A stretch of DNA of 64,000 nt from Octopus sinensis (Eukaryota). Shown here piece by piece: positions 48,143-61,350 of the stretch. The notes under the pieces are model-generated. The model was given only the letters and a program-made list of their open reading frames with translations. It did no database searches and was not told the origin of the DNA. The stretch lies in NCBI RefSeq assembly GCF_006345805.1, contig NC_043000.1, positions 1,798,001-1,862,000 of the forward strand, read 5' to 3'. Numbering within the stretch: the first letter of the stretch is position 1; each line of letters begins with the position of its first letter. The position numbers were made by a program, and so were the translations under genes.

Positions 48143-51100
48143 GTAAAGTTTAAAGTTTATATTAATTTTTCTTGAACCCAACTATTGAGAACAGATGTTT
48201 GTTTCTACTTTCATGAGGAAAAGCAAGTAAAGAATTCATTCTTGCTCTGGAAAGGATGTCTGCCTGATGCCCACTGAAATTCAAAAAAGTGCTGATAGCT
48301 ATTTTCTTCAGCTGGCTGGCATAAAACTCATGGCATTAATTGCACTGACTATGTCTCTGCACAGAATTACAATGAAATGCCTACATTGAAATTTGAGCTC
48401 AAAACCTGTGTGTTCTGATAGTCCAACTTATCTCCACAACCATTTCACTATTATTTACTGTTGACCTAGTGTTGTGATCATTTGGATTTGTGACAGTTAT
48501 ATATTAGATCATATCATATATTAAGCCACCATCAGTTTGTGGTTATCACTGAAATCTGTTGTAAATGTAAGAGGTCTGAGCGGTGGAGATATAAAACCAC
48601 TAGTTCATAGGTCACCGATTCAAATCGGTTACGCGAAAGAACATTTTATTTCTTTATTTCAGATAGCAGCGTTAAATTAGGCAAGAGATTAGAAACATCT
48701 TATCAGTTGCCTGGTTATCATTACTAGCTGACCTTGGGATGCCTTTTGTGGAATCCACTCTTTTACACGTCTTCAGACCAGGTCTTTAATATCTCTCTCT
48801 CTCTCTCTCTCATAGTCTTAGTAGAAGGAAGAAATTGTATCCTTGGCTTTTGTCTCTGAAACTAGTTAGATTGATGGAGTAGTTAAACTAAAGTTGGTGC
48901 TGCTTGTGGCAACACTTGAGATTTTATGGGCCACCTAATGAAAAGCACAGCGTAATACACATCAAAATTCATAACACCCACAAAAAATGCTGCTCAGGAG
49001 TGGAACGTTCTCCTTCCATTCCTTATCCCTATTTTGCTACACTAGGATTGGTGTAGCTCATATTCAGTTTGAATAACTGCAAGATCTTGATTCCATCTTC
49101 TCTGTTCTTCACCAGTTCCATTACTGCTCTTCCTGCTCTCACCAAACCAAAAAAAAAAAAAATAATAATACTATGCTACCTCAGCTGTTGGTACCAGATC
49201 ATATGAGAGTGTGCCCTGTGACAGATTATCATCCTGTTCGGAGGGGAGATATAACTCATTCATATAAAGTTGTGAAATTTGAGTTAAGTACTGGCCTTTA
49301 AAAACCTCTTTAGATTTAGGAGGCATTTGCGCACACCCACAGACACATGCACACCATCTGTTCAGTTAGTCAATTAGTGGTAGACAACCTATGAGGGAGC
49401 TTCTGTACAGTTGGTCAGTCTGCTAGAAGTGGTATCACACAAATCATGCTCTACCATCTTAAAAAAAAATAAGACATATTAGATAATTATAGACTTGAGA
49501 TACACTATCTGATTAAAATTCTGGGATGTCTTTGTATGTAAGGTTGACTGGGTGGCTAAAACATGCAACCACTACAACTTTTCTGTTAGTAGATGGTTAG
49601 TCTAGCAGTGTTCCTATGTAACCCTTTACCTGTCCAAAGAATTTTCGTAACTTTGTCCTCAATGTCCATACTTGTTTTCATACTTTTAGTTACCTCGTTT
49701 CATACATTCTACATCATATAGAGCTTTCCTTTCATGAGCTCCAAGTTATTCTACTAGTTGAAAAAAAATTAGGAATCATCATCATTTAGCGTCCGCTTTC
49801 CATGCTAGCATGGGTTGGACAGTTCAACTGGGGTCTGTGAAGCTGGAAGGCTTCGTCAGGCCCAGTCAGATCTGGCAGTGTTTCTACGGCTGGATGCCCT
49901 TCCTAACGCCAACCACTCCGTGAGTGTAGTGGGTGCTTTTTACGTGCCACCCGCACGGGTGCCAGACAGAGCTGGCAAACGGCCATGCACGGATGGTGCT
50001 TTTACGTGTCACCGGCACGGGGCCAGGTGATGCTGGCAACAGACACGAACGGATGGTGCTTTTACGTGCCACCAACACGGGGCCAGACAGAGCTGGCAAA
50101 CGGCCACGAACGGATGGTGCTTTTAATCATATATGTTGTGTGAACACCAGAGAAATTTGTTTTCTTTGTATCTTGTGTTACACAAGACACGTAAAGAGTT
50201 AAAGTGACCTTCACATTACAATATTAACATCCACCATATTATTCGGCTCACAAATTTGTTGCCATCATTCTAAAAACAAACTATTAAAACTGAATCTCAC
50301 CTTAAAAGAAATGGATTGATTTTATATCTTGGTTGGTAGAACAAGATCCAGTGATTTTTACATGTCCTAATCTACTGTATTCTTCTTCCATGCTTAACTA
50401 ATCCTAACCCTGTTGCTTATATGGGCCTCTCTCTCTCTGTTTCTCGAACTCAGTTTTTTATACTTGTGCTGACCACTTAGCCTATCTTATTTCATATCAA
50501 TTCCATTGGCAACAATAACTATAACTGCAACATCAATAAAAACCTCAGTGAGGTAATGAGTTGACAGGGAAACCACCATGTAGTTGTTCTATATAACCAA
50601 ATTGCCCTCAAATTACACTCCATTGTCTTATAAATGAAAACAATGGATAATTTTAAACCTGGATGTGGTTTTTATAATCTATTTCTTTATCATTAGATGG
50701 CTTCTGTATCGGTGGCACATAAAAAGCACCATCCGAATCGTAGCCGAAGCCAGTGCCGCCTCGACTGGCTTCCATAAAATGCACCAATCCGACCGTGGCC
50801 GATGCCAGCCTCGCCTGGCACCTGTGCAGGTGGCACGTAAAAAGCACCCACTACACTCACGGAGTGGTTGGCGTTAGGAAGGGCATCCAGCTGTAGAAAC
50901 ATTGCCAGATAAGACTGGAGCCTGGTGCAGCCTTCTGGCTTCCCAGATCCCCAGTCGAACCGTCCAACCCATGCTAGCATGGAGAACGGACGTTAAACGA
51001 TGATGATGATACTTTAGAAATCTAAATACTAATGACACACATACTGCAACTAATTTTATTGTGATTCTAATTAAATTCATTAATTACTCTTTTGTTTATT

Positions 51101-51143
51101 CTTTTGGGCTGATTTCTTTAAAGTTCTCTCTCTTTTTCTACAG

Positions 51144-51216
51144 TGTGAAACTGTTGACATTGATGGCATCTTGAAACTATTGAAAATGTTTCGTGAGAAT
51201 TTGAGTATCAGATATG
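51144..51216 (+). CDS. LEMD3: LEMD3 coding exon 3 (73 nt; CETVDIDGILKLLKMFRENLSIRY-G)
   Basis: CTCTCTCTTTTTCTACAG| acceptor, ATG|GTGAGT donor; joined to exon 4 gives LSIRYGNILCG, matching the MAN1 lumenal LxxxAGxxxCG motif. Confidence 0.85.
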
Positions 51217-51319
51217 GTGAGTAGACTTAGACTTTATTCTATTATTTCATGTGCCACAGAACCTCCCCACTTTAAATGACAGAATATTAGGTGTCACTGT
51301 TTTACCAGATCATGAAGCA

Positions 51320-51430
<111 letters not shown>

Positions 51431-51811
51431 TAACTAAGTGGTAAGAAATTTTCTTTACAACCATATGATTCCAGGTTCAGTCCTGCTGCATGGCTCTTTG
51501 GTCAAGTGCCTTCAACTATAGCTCCAGACTGGCCAAAACCTTGTGAGTGGATTTTGTAACTGGAAACTGAAAGAAGCCTACCCACATATATCTCTCTTTT
51601 TTATATACTCATTTCAGTCATTAGACTGTGGCCATGCTGGGGCACTACCTTGAATTTTTAGTTGAATGAATTGACCCCAGAATTTTTTTTACCTTAAGCC
51701 TGGTATTTATTCTAGTGGTCTCTTTGCCGAACTGCTAAGTTATGGGACATAAACATACCAACACTGGTTGTCAAGCAATGGTGGGGAGCAAATACAGACA
51801 TAGACACATAT

Positions 51812-51846
<35 letters not shown>

Positions 51847-52771
51847 TATAATGGGCTTCTTTCAATTTCCATCTACTAGATCCACTCACAAGGCCCGAGG
51901 CTATAGTAGAAGACACTAGCCCAAGGTGCCACACAATAGGACTGAACCAGGAACCATGTGGTTAGGAAGCAAGCTTTGTACTACACTGCCATGCCTGTGT
52001 GTGTGTTCATGTCTCCTTGCGTTGACATCAATTAATATTTATTAATGGGTATCACTATGTTAAGTGAAAAGTCATCATCATAATTTTAAGAACTGCCTTT
52101 CTGTTCCACATTTAAGTTCCAAAAACCTCATCTCTTTCATGTCCAGAAACTTTAGGAAATAAATTATCTGGTCGTGTTATACATTATGATGTAGCCAAAT
52201 TGTTGAGTACCTGAAACTACATCATCATCATCATCATTTAACGTCCGCTTTCCATGTTAGCATGGGTTGGACGGTTCAACTGGGGTCTGGCGAGCCCGAA
52301 GGCTGCACCAGGCCAGTCAGATCTGGCAGTGTTTCTACAGCTGGATGCCCTTCCTAACGCCAACCACTCCGAGAGTGTAGTGGGTGATTTTATGTGCCAC
52401 TGACACAGGTGCCAGACGAGGATGGCGAACGGCCACGACGCTCGGATGGTGTTTTTTATGTGCCACCTACACAGGTGCCAGACGAGGCTGGTGGACGGCC
52501 ACGCTCGAATGGTGTTTTTTATGTGCCACCGACACAGGTGGCAGACGAGGCTGGCGAACACCCACGCTTGGATGGTGTTTTTTATGTGCCACCGACACAG
52601 GTGCCAGTCGAGGCTGGTAAATGGCCACGATCAGATGGTGTTTGTTACGTGCCCACAGCACGGAGGCCAGTCGATGCGGTACTGGCTACAGCCACGTTAG
52701 GATGGTTTTCTTATGTGCCACCGGCACTGGTACCACAAAGATACAAATTCCATTGATGTTTAATCTATTTT

Positions 52772-55052
52772 ATAATAATAATATAATAATAATAATAATA
52801 ATTGTGTACAGTGCTCAGGTGCACTACAACTCATCTAAAGTGTATATATAATCAGGTGTAGTTTCGGCGGATTTCGGAAAGCATGAGGGCCTTAAAAGAT
52901 GCAGTGTCATGGCAGTCAACAACTGACGCAGGCAGTTTATTCCATGCTTCAGCAACTCTGAGCGTGAAAAAATGTTTCCGAAAGTCATGGGAGCTGTATT
53001 GTTTTCTGACTTTGTAGGCATGTCCACGTGTGTTAGACACATGGAGATCAAAAAGGTGTTCAGTGTTGTTGTTGGTGAGGTGGTTGATAACTTTGTGGGT
53101 GTTTACCAAGTCCGTCGCCAAACACCGGAGCTTCAGTGAATCCATGCCCAGGGAAACAAGGCGCTCAGAATATGGTAGGTGTCTGATGGAGGGTGTGCGT
53201 TTGGTTGCACGTCTCTGGACAGATTCCAGGAGGTCAATGTTCTGTGCAAGATAGGGGTTCCAAACTGATGATGCGAATTCCAAGTGTGGTCGTACCATAG
53301 CTGTATACAGTTTTAAATAGATGGCTGGAGAGCGGCTAACAAAAGACCTGCTGAGTGATGCCAAGACACCCTCGGCCTTCCTGACAATCTTAGAGATATG
53401 CTTTGACCAACGCAAATCACTGCTGACAGTGATGCCTAGGTCACGCTCGCAAGAGGATTTCTTGATATCAGTGTTGTGGAGGGAGTATGTGAACGCAGGG
53501 TTTTTTCTCCCAAAATGCATGGTGGTACACTTGTCCACAGCCAGTTTCAGTTGCCAGTCTGTGATCCATTGCTGCATTGTGTCTAGGTCTGATTGCAGGA
53601 AAGAGTTGTAGACATCAGGATCTGTCCTCTTGATTTCAAGGTACAGCTTGATGTCGTCTGCATATTTCAATACTGTGGCATTCTTTAAATTGGCATCTAT
53701 GTCGTTAATGTATGCCACAAACAAGAGGGGACCAAGGACAGATCCCTGTGGTACACCCGATGACATCTCATATGGTGTAGAGTGCTGTCCTAGAACTGTG
53801 ACTACCTCCTTTCGGCTGAGGATGAAGGATTTCAACCAGTTAAAAAGGTCATCCCCCACACCCATTGCAGAGAGTTTCACCATAAGCCTTTTGTGTGGCA
53901 CAGAGTTGAAAGCCTTAGCAAAGTCAAGGTAGACAACATCCACCCATGAGCCACTGTCAGTAATCTGAGTAATGTCCTCAAGGAACTCGACAAGCTGGTC
54001 ACTGCAGCTGGAGTTAGGGACAAATCCATATTGTGAGGGTCGGATGAGACTGTGAGAGCTCCAGAAGTTCCAGAGTGTTTCTCTGACACACGATTCCATC
54101 AGTTTTGCAATACAGCTAGTGAGACTGACTGGGCGATAGTTGACAGGTGATGTGCGGTCGCCCTTTTTGAACAGAGGAATGACACTGGCAGTTTTCCACT
54201 GCTCCGGAGTAGCACCATTGTTGAGACAGTACTGGAAGAAAATAGAAAGCTGGTGTAAAAGGAAGTGCCTGCCACGTTTGAGAAGCAGGTATGTAACTCC
54301 ATCGAGACCAGGGGAGGCATAGTTGCGCTTATTTTGAAGGTGACGTCGCAGCATTGCAGGTGTAAATTCCATAGTTGTTATGGAGTTTGCTGTTAGTGAT
54401 GGTGAAGATGGTACATTTTGACTTTCAACAGTGAATATGTTTGCATAGCACTCGGCAATGAGTTCTGCGCATTCCTTGGGGTCGTCAGTGATATGGTTTG
54501 TGTGAGGGTTGCGAAGAGGGCCCACTGGAGAGTGAGGTCTCTGCTTTGAGTGCACATATTTCCAGAAAACCTTGCTGTCAGGATTGGCTGCTATGCACTG
54601 TTCAAATTCAAGCACTGCTTTTTTTGTCACTTGCTTGAGATGGTTGGAGGATTTATTCCGCTTCTTCCTGTTGGTGTCTGATTTATGCAACCTGTATTCA
54701 CGTTCAGCAGTCCGACGTTCCCTCCTGGCAAGTCGGACCGCTGAAGTTTCCCAAATTGCCCTTTTGGGGCGGTTCTTCTTTTTTTGTTTACGTGGCACTG
54801 ATGCTGCACATGCTGCCCATATTGAATCCAGGATACTCTGGAGTATAGTATTCACATCTCCAGAGTTGTAGAATTCATGCCAGTTTGGGTGCTGTAGTTC
54901 AGTGTGGTACAGGTTCCAATCTGCTCTCTTCCAATCGAAGAAAGCAGATTGGAGATGGTTCAGGTTTTTGTTGCCCGCAAGAGTCAGATTGGCGATGATC
55001 ATAGCATGATCAGAGTCACCTAGAGGTTCCTCCGTAGTGCAATTGATAATTG
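52772..55052 (-). mobile_element. CR1-clade LINE, 5'-truncated at the end of the endonuclease domain, antisense in LEMD3 intron 3
   Basis: In-frame EPIINCTTEEPLGDSDH just upstream of the ORF; (ATT)n tail. Confidence 0.95.
52852..55002 (-). CDS. CR1 ORF2 remnant, 716 aa, complete reverse transcriptase domain (endonuclease missing)
   Basis: NYRPVSLT, DVVYLDFAKAF, VPQGSVLGPLLF, YADD, RGH...RVAEAWNKLP; no internal stop. Confidence 0.9.
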   Translation of the reverse strand: MIIANLTLAGNKNLNHLQSAFFDWKRADWNLYHTELQHPNWHEFYNSGDVNTILQSILDSIWAACAASVPRKQKKKNRPKRAIWETSAVRLARRERRTAEREYRLHKSDTNRKKRNKSSNHLKQVTKKAVLEFEQCIAANPDSKVFWKYVHSKQRPHSPVGPLRNPHTNHITDDPKECAELIAECYANIFTVESQNVPSSPSLTANSITTMEFTPAMLRRHLQNKRNYASPGLDGVTYLLLKRGRHFLLHQLSIFFQYCLNNGATPEQWKTASVIPLFKKGDRTSPVNYRPVSLTSCIAKLMESCVRETLWNFWSSHSLIRPSQYGFVPNSSCSDQLVEFLEDITQITDSGSWVDVVYLDFAKAFNSVPHKRLMVKLSAMGVGDDLFNWLKSFILSRKEVVTVLGQHSTPYEMSSGVPQGSVLGPLLFVAYINDIDANLKNATVLKYADDIKLYLEIKRTDPDVYNSFLQSDLDTMQQWITDWQLKLAVDKCTTMHFGRKNPAFTYSLHNTDIKKSSCERDLGITVSSDLRWSKHISKIVRKAEGVLASLSRSFVSRSPAIYLKLYTAMVRPHLEFASSVWNPYLAQNIDLLESVQRRATKRTPSIRHLPYSERLVSLGMDSLKLRCLATDLVNTHKVINHLTNNNTEHLFDLHVSNTRGHAYKVRKQYSSHDFRKHFFTLRVAEAWNKLPASVVDCHDTASFKALMLSEIRRNYT

Positions 55053-56338
55053 GTTCTAATGTTTAAAACTGTAAATAGTTTATTGTATAAGCAAAATTGT
55101 AAGATACTGGTTTGTATTGTAAAGTTTTGTGACCCACAACCTCTAAAGTGTACGGGAACACAAATGGACCATGAGTGGTGAACATTTTTCTCATGTTGTA
55201 AAGCCACATTGAAATTAACTGCCATCTGATATGGTGGGGCTGCATTTAAAAAAAATCATACTGCTAAACCTATTATTTTGTAAAATCTAATTATTCATAA
55301 AACTGTAGCAAAATATTGATTTAAAATTTTGGCTCAAGGCCAGCAGTTGCAGCAGGTGGGTAAATTGATTACATTGATCCCACTGTTCAACTGGTACTTA
55401 TTTTATTGATCCCGAAAGGTGAAAAGGCAAAATTGACCTCGGCAGAATTTGAACTCAGAATGTAAAGATAGACAAAATGCTGCTAAGCATTTCACCTGGC
55501 ATGCTGATGATTCTGCCAGCTTGATGACTTAACTTTATCAAATTTTTGTTTTTTATAAATGTGGTCGGGGTTTGGAATATTTATGCCCAACACAAGTCTA
55601 TTTATTTATTTGAAAATTTCTTTGGATTTCTGTTTTAAGCATATTTGTGATTACTTTAATAAAGAATTACAAGGAAGTGTTTCTAAAATTTGCGGTTAGC
55701 TTAAAGGGATAGATTTTTAATAAGATTTAGATTAACAAAAATAATTCAATTATAATGATTTTTCCCATCTGACATTTACTTCTTTCAGAAGGTTGCATGT
55801 TTCCACTTCTGTGTTGGACTGTTAGTAATATGTCCCTTATGAAAATGGAATTTAAGATTCGCTCAGCTTGCTTCCCTTTTTATTTACGTATGTTTTTATG
55901 CAAATGATACATTTTCAATTTTTTTAATCCATTATATATATATGTTATAGTATATTTTTCTTAATATAAATATACTGATAACATTGCTATGATTGCACTT
56001 GGCAGGGTGTCACTTGTAAATTTATTGTGATTTCTCTTTCTGCACCTCTGTTAACCCTATTGTGCTATTAACATAATCCTCTACTATTGACATGCACATT
56101 GCATCATCCTCCAATATTCCTAGCTTATCTAGTTCCCTCATCCAAAAATATCTGGATGCAGGATTTTACAAAATACCACTTTAGTAGAGTAAGTACTACC
56201 TCTTTCAAATGACCCAGGATAATTACTTGCAGGCTGATGCTTAGTATTTATAATGATTTTTGAAGGACTAAAGCTTATTATTGCCAGTTACCATTGATGC
56301 TATAAATACTTATTATAATAATAATAATAATATTCCAG

Positions 56339-56436
56339 GAAATATCTTGTGTGGTCAAAATTCAAATGGAAACAGTAAGAATATGTCTAAAGAAGTTGTC
56401 AGTCAATTAATTGCAGCTGAAGTCGAAGAAGAACCG
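56339..56436 (+). CDS. LEMD3: LEMD3 coding exon 4 (98 nt; GNILCGQNSNGNSKNMSKEVVSQLIAAEVEEEP)
   Basis: TTCCAG| acceptor, CCG|GTAAGT donor; phase 1 to 0; conserved lumenal Cys. Confidence 0.85.
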
Positions 56437-58170
56437 GTAAGTATTGGTTTGTGTGATCTATCCTTCAGACATTTAGCATAGATATATTAACTGTCTACCT
56501 GACATAAATCTGTCTCAACTGCCACTGCTACTTTGTCTGTGTGTCACTGATTGTCTGTATAATATTTCATGTATCAGTCAATGTAAGATGAGCTTTTTAA
56601 GATGTGTGTCAGCCTGATAGTTAATATGTGTTCCAGCCAAAACCAACCCTTTGTTAACACTAGGTATTCAGTTGCTTAGCCTTAGATTTTCTATAGTTTT
56701 AAAGGAATTTTTCTATTCCTCTCGTGCTAAATGTTTTCATATCGACAGTGGTAGTTGTTGGTGTTGAATATCCACTTCCTTTTAAACAACTTTTATTGAA
56801 CCAGTTTGGAACTCTTATGCAGTTAGTTAACCTGCTAGAAGTTGCAGCTAAATATTCCTCAAATCACATTCTGCTATCTTAAAAGAGAAAGGCAACATAA
56901 AATTATGTGGTGTTGAATGCTCAATATGCCTGATCCAGACAACTAGATATTTAAGAGAACTCATGTTGAACTGACACCACGGTGAGTAGATACAATATAT
57001 CTGCTGTGTTGATTAGAAATAGTGGCAGCTATAATATTAGTGTTTGGCCTTTCTTTCGTCTGTATATTAAGAAACATACTGTCTTCAAATTTAAAATTGA
57101 AAACGTGGTATGTTCTGTTGAAGGAAACCTGGTTGTTATATTCATTTATAATTTTGGTGCTAGTTTACTGGTTTGTAGTTGAGATCAGTACTTGATTTGA
57201 ATTGATCCTCACTACATTAATGATACTTAATTTATTAACCCTTGTGGTATGAAAAACAAAATCTACACTGACAAGATTTGAACACAGTGTGTAGAGAGAT
57301 GCAACTAGGCATCACCAGGTATATCTACTACTATACTAATCTTTTTCTTCTAAGTTCTTTCACTGGCTGTTTCTTGCCAAAACTTTCAACCTAACTATGA
57401 AATACATGTGACAAATCAGATGGGAGAAAGTATAACTTCATCCCAGACACACAAGTTTCTTTGGTCAGTTTAAAGTACAGAATTTACAACCTGTTGTTCT
57501 CTTATTTCATTTGCTCATTCGGCAGTAATCCTTTAACAGTCAGATTACTCTGTCAAGTATAATGCTTATTTATTCACATTGTTTTGAATTAATCATGCAT
57601 TATCTTGTAGCTTTGACATTTCAATGATGTGATTTTTACAATGACAGTGTAGGGTGGGTGTGACCTGCTAGAACTGGCTAGTTTGCTTATAAAACAGGTA
57701 GAATACTTAGGCTGGATATGGCTAGTTCAAACACTGACAGGTTATGTTTGATACTGTTAAGTACTATCAGAATACCTATATTTTAGTGCCGTGTGTAGTT
57801 CTTTCCAGATTCTCTATTTTGTGTTGTGGCCATGGAAATAGCCTGGAAACAAATGTGAAAAACTTCATTCTAGCACAAATACCATTTTTACTCATGTCCT
57901 CTCTCTTTTTTTTACTTTTTCCCTTTTTCTTTCCTTCTCAAATGCTCTGTGTATAAGATCTATCCAACCCGTGTACGCCATAGGTAAAAATAGATGTCAA
58001 AATATTGATCATCATTATCATTCTTTGTTCTCCCTCACATTGTTCAGTTTCTAAGATATCATATCAATGGCCTTGTTTTATATTTGATTAATCTGTGTGT
58101 GTGCAAGAGAGAGATTGGTAATTGTATCACTAAAATATTTTTTTTTTGTCTTTTGTTTTATCGTATCAAG

Positions 58171-58229
58171 ATGATAATTGAGCAGTTAATTATGTGGCTG
58201 ATTATCAGCAATGAAGACTGGGGTATCAG
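58171..58229 (+). CDS. LEMD3: LEMD3 coding exon 5 (59 nt; MIIEQLIMWLIISNEDWGI-R)
   Basis: T-rich tract then CAAG|, donor CAG|GTAAGT; WLIISNEDWGIR resembles the MAN1 W-I-x-x-N-x-x-D-x-G-I-R motif. An in-frame alternative acceptor GAGCAG| at 58185 is possible. Confidence 0.8.
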
Positions 58230-59507
58230 GTAAGTGTTGTCAGTTTGAAGTGTTTGAGGTGAATGATACTAAGGCTGTTGTTTGCAGGCTGGTAATATAA
58301 ATATAGTTGGCATGACTTTGAAGAGCAAAGACCTTTGAAGTTTTGGTAAGGTAAAAAGAACCTGGAAGGGACATGTCTTGACATTGTGCTAGTATTTAAG
58401 CAGCACATTACATATCATCATCATTTAATGTTTATTTTTCCATGGTCTCATGAGTCAGAGTGGATTTTCTGTGACTGGATACCCTTCCTGTTTCCAAGGA
58501 AGATTAGAAATAAAGGACAGACACAGTTTTTCATGATGGTGACACTCACTCACATCTATCACTCGACCTCAAGGCAAGGAGATGGTAACATATATACACC
58601 ACACACATACATATATACACACACATACTTATGTACATACATACATGTTTATACACTTATATACACATACACACAACAAGCTCCTTTCTACCAAATCCAC
58701 ACACAAGGCTTTGATCAGACCAAGGCTATAGTAGAAGACTCTTGCCCAAGGTGCTTTTACAGTGGCACAGAACCCCAAACTATGTGGTTGGGAAGCAAAT
58801 CACTTACTGCAGCAAACTTACCATGTTGTTTAAAAAGGTAGATTGCTTTTTAACTTGCAGCAATGTGGAGTATCTGATGTTTGTATTGAGACGAAGGCCG
58901 GGAGAACGGTGACTGTGAGAGCCTGTAGGTGACTGGTACTTGTAAATACACCATTTAATTTCTCTGAGTTTGCAGACACTACGGCAAGTATTGTTTAGAC
59001 ACAGATAAATTGATAGAATTGGACCATATCTGTGTGGGAGGTGAACAAATGTTTTTTTGAGAAGGAGGTTATGGTTTTTGTAATCATTGTGACAGTGAGA
59101 GTTAACATTATCAGTTATTTTAATGTAGATTCTTAACCCTTTAGTGTTCAGATTATTCTGTCAAATGTAATACTTAATTATTCACATTTTGTAAAATTAA
59201 TTATGTATTATTTTGTAACTTTGAGATTCTGAAGATGTGGTTGTTTATATTTAGAATGTCATTGTAGGGTAGGTATGAGAAGTTGGATCTGGCCATTCTC
59301 ACATAAAAGGTGGAATATTTGGGCCGGATATGGCTAGTTTAAATGTTATGGGGTTAACGTCAGCCTAAGCTTGGCTCATCTGCAATGTAGCGAATTACCC
59401 CTTTTTTGTCTTGTGTACCTTCTCATCTGTGAGATTGAACTCACCCCACCCTTTTTTCATCATTGTCTGTCACAGCTCTTTTATCAACAGAGGGTCTGAA
59501 TACTTTT

Positions 59508-60236
59508 TATTTCTTTATTGCCCACATGGGACTAAACATAGAGGGGACAGACAAAGGGATTAAGTCGATTACATCGACCCCAGTGCGTAACTGGTACTTA
59601 ATTTATCGACCCCGAAAGGATGAAAGGCAAAGTCGACCTTGGCGGAATTTGAACTCTGAACGTAACGGCAGATGAAATACCTATTTCTTTATTACCCACA
59701 AGGAGCTAAACACAGAGGGGACAGACATAGGTATTAAGTCGATTACATCGACCCCAGTGCGTAACTGGTACTTAATTTATCGACCCCGAAAGGATGAAAG
59801 GCAAAGTCGACCTTGGCGGAATTTGAACTCTGAACGTAACGGCAGATGAAATACCTATTTCTTTATTACCCACAAGGAGCTAAACACAGAGGGGACAGAC
59901 ATAGGTATTAAGTCGATTACATCGACCCCAGTGCGTAACTGGTACTTAATTTATCGACCGAAAGGATGAAAGGCAAAGTCGACCTGGCGGAATTTGAACT
60001 CTGAACGTAACGGCAGATGAAATACCTATTTCTTTATTACCACAAGGAGCTAAACACAGAGGGGACAGACATAGGTATTAAGTCGATTACATCGACCCCA
60101 GTGCGTAACTGGTACTTAATTTATCGACCCCGAAAGGATGAAAGGCAAAGTCGACCTTGGCGGAATTTGAACTCACAACGTAACGCAGACGAAATACCGC
60201 TGAGCATTTCACCCAGCGTGCTAACGTTCTGCCAGC
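59508..60236 (-). mobile_element. SINE B tetramer (one full unit plus three head-truncated units, period 174/174/171 bp) within a single TSD
   Basis: TCTGAATACTTTT at 59495-59507 and 60237-60249. Confidence 0.9.
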
Positions 60237-60254
60237 TCTGAATACTTTTAATCA

Positions 60255-60480
60255 TCGTATTACTACTACTACTATTATTACCTCAACACCACTGCTACTA
60301 CTATCATCAACTACAGCAAACATCTCCATCATTTCAATCATTAACCTCTGCTATTGTTGCTGCTACTTCCATCTCACCACCACGACCCTTCTTCTCATTT
60401 CTGCCATTGCCACATCACTATCATCACCAAACCACCATCACCATCGCAACCATTATCATCTTCATTACTACTAACTGTTA
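60255..60480. repeat. Decayed (CAT/CAC/TAC)n low-complexity tract
   Basis: Directly visible. Confidence 0.8.
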
Positions 60481-61061
60481 GAACAACTGTCAGTTACCTT
60501 TAACTTGCCCCAATCATTAGACTGGGGCACCACCCTGAAGGGTTCAGTTGAACAAATCAACCCCAGTACTATTTTTTAAGTTTGACTCTTATTCTGACAG
60601 ACTCTTTTGTCGAATTGCTATATCAAAATGACAAACAAATCAATGCCAGTTATCAAGTGGAGGCAGTAGGGAAGACTTGGATATTTTCCCACTCTTCTTA
60701 ACATGAAACTAATGGTAGCCTTAATTCACAAATAACGAAATTATTTATCCACCAATGTGGTGTTGAGCACTCATTCCAACGTTCTACTTTTACATATATA
60801 TATCATCAACACCATCATCATCGTTTGGCGTCTGCTTTCCATGCTAGCATGGGTTGGACGGTTCGGCCAGGGTCTGGTAAGCTAGGAGGCTGCATCAGGC
60901 TCCAGTCTGATATGGCAGAGTTTCTACAGCTAGATGCCCTTCCTAATGCCAACCACTCTGTGAGTGTAGTGGGTGCTTTTTACGTGCCACCGGCACAGGG
61001 GCCAGAGGGGGCTGGTAAATGGCCAGGATCGATTGGTGCTTTTTACGTGTTACTGGCACAG

Positions 61062-61098
<37 letters not shown>

Positions 61099-61350
61099 CA
61101 CATACACACACTTACAATAGGTTTCCTTCTACCAAATTCACTGACAAGGCATTGGCCAACCTGGGGCCATAGTAGAAGACACTTGCTAAGGTGCTACAGT
61201 ATAATAGGACAAACCAAGCTTCTTAAACACACAGCCATATCTGAATTGCATGATAATCTACCAGTATCAATGTCTTTTTCATTTAAATTTTCAAAAGTCT
61301 ATAAACAGACAATTGTAATGTCTTCTGTATTTCATTAACTTTCATTACAG

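Noticed and set aside
48240-48400. Possible mariner C-terminal relic
   Set aside because: Only a few scattered residues match; cannot be supported by eye.
59508-60236. CRISPR-like periodicity (also the 16.7-kb minisatellite and the 60-bp RTE units)
   Set aside because: No unique spacers, no cas genes, eukaryotic context; these are tandem repeats.
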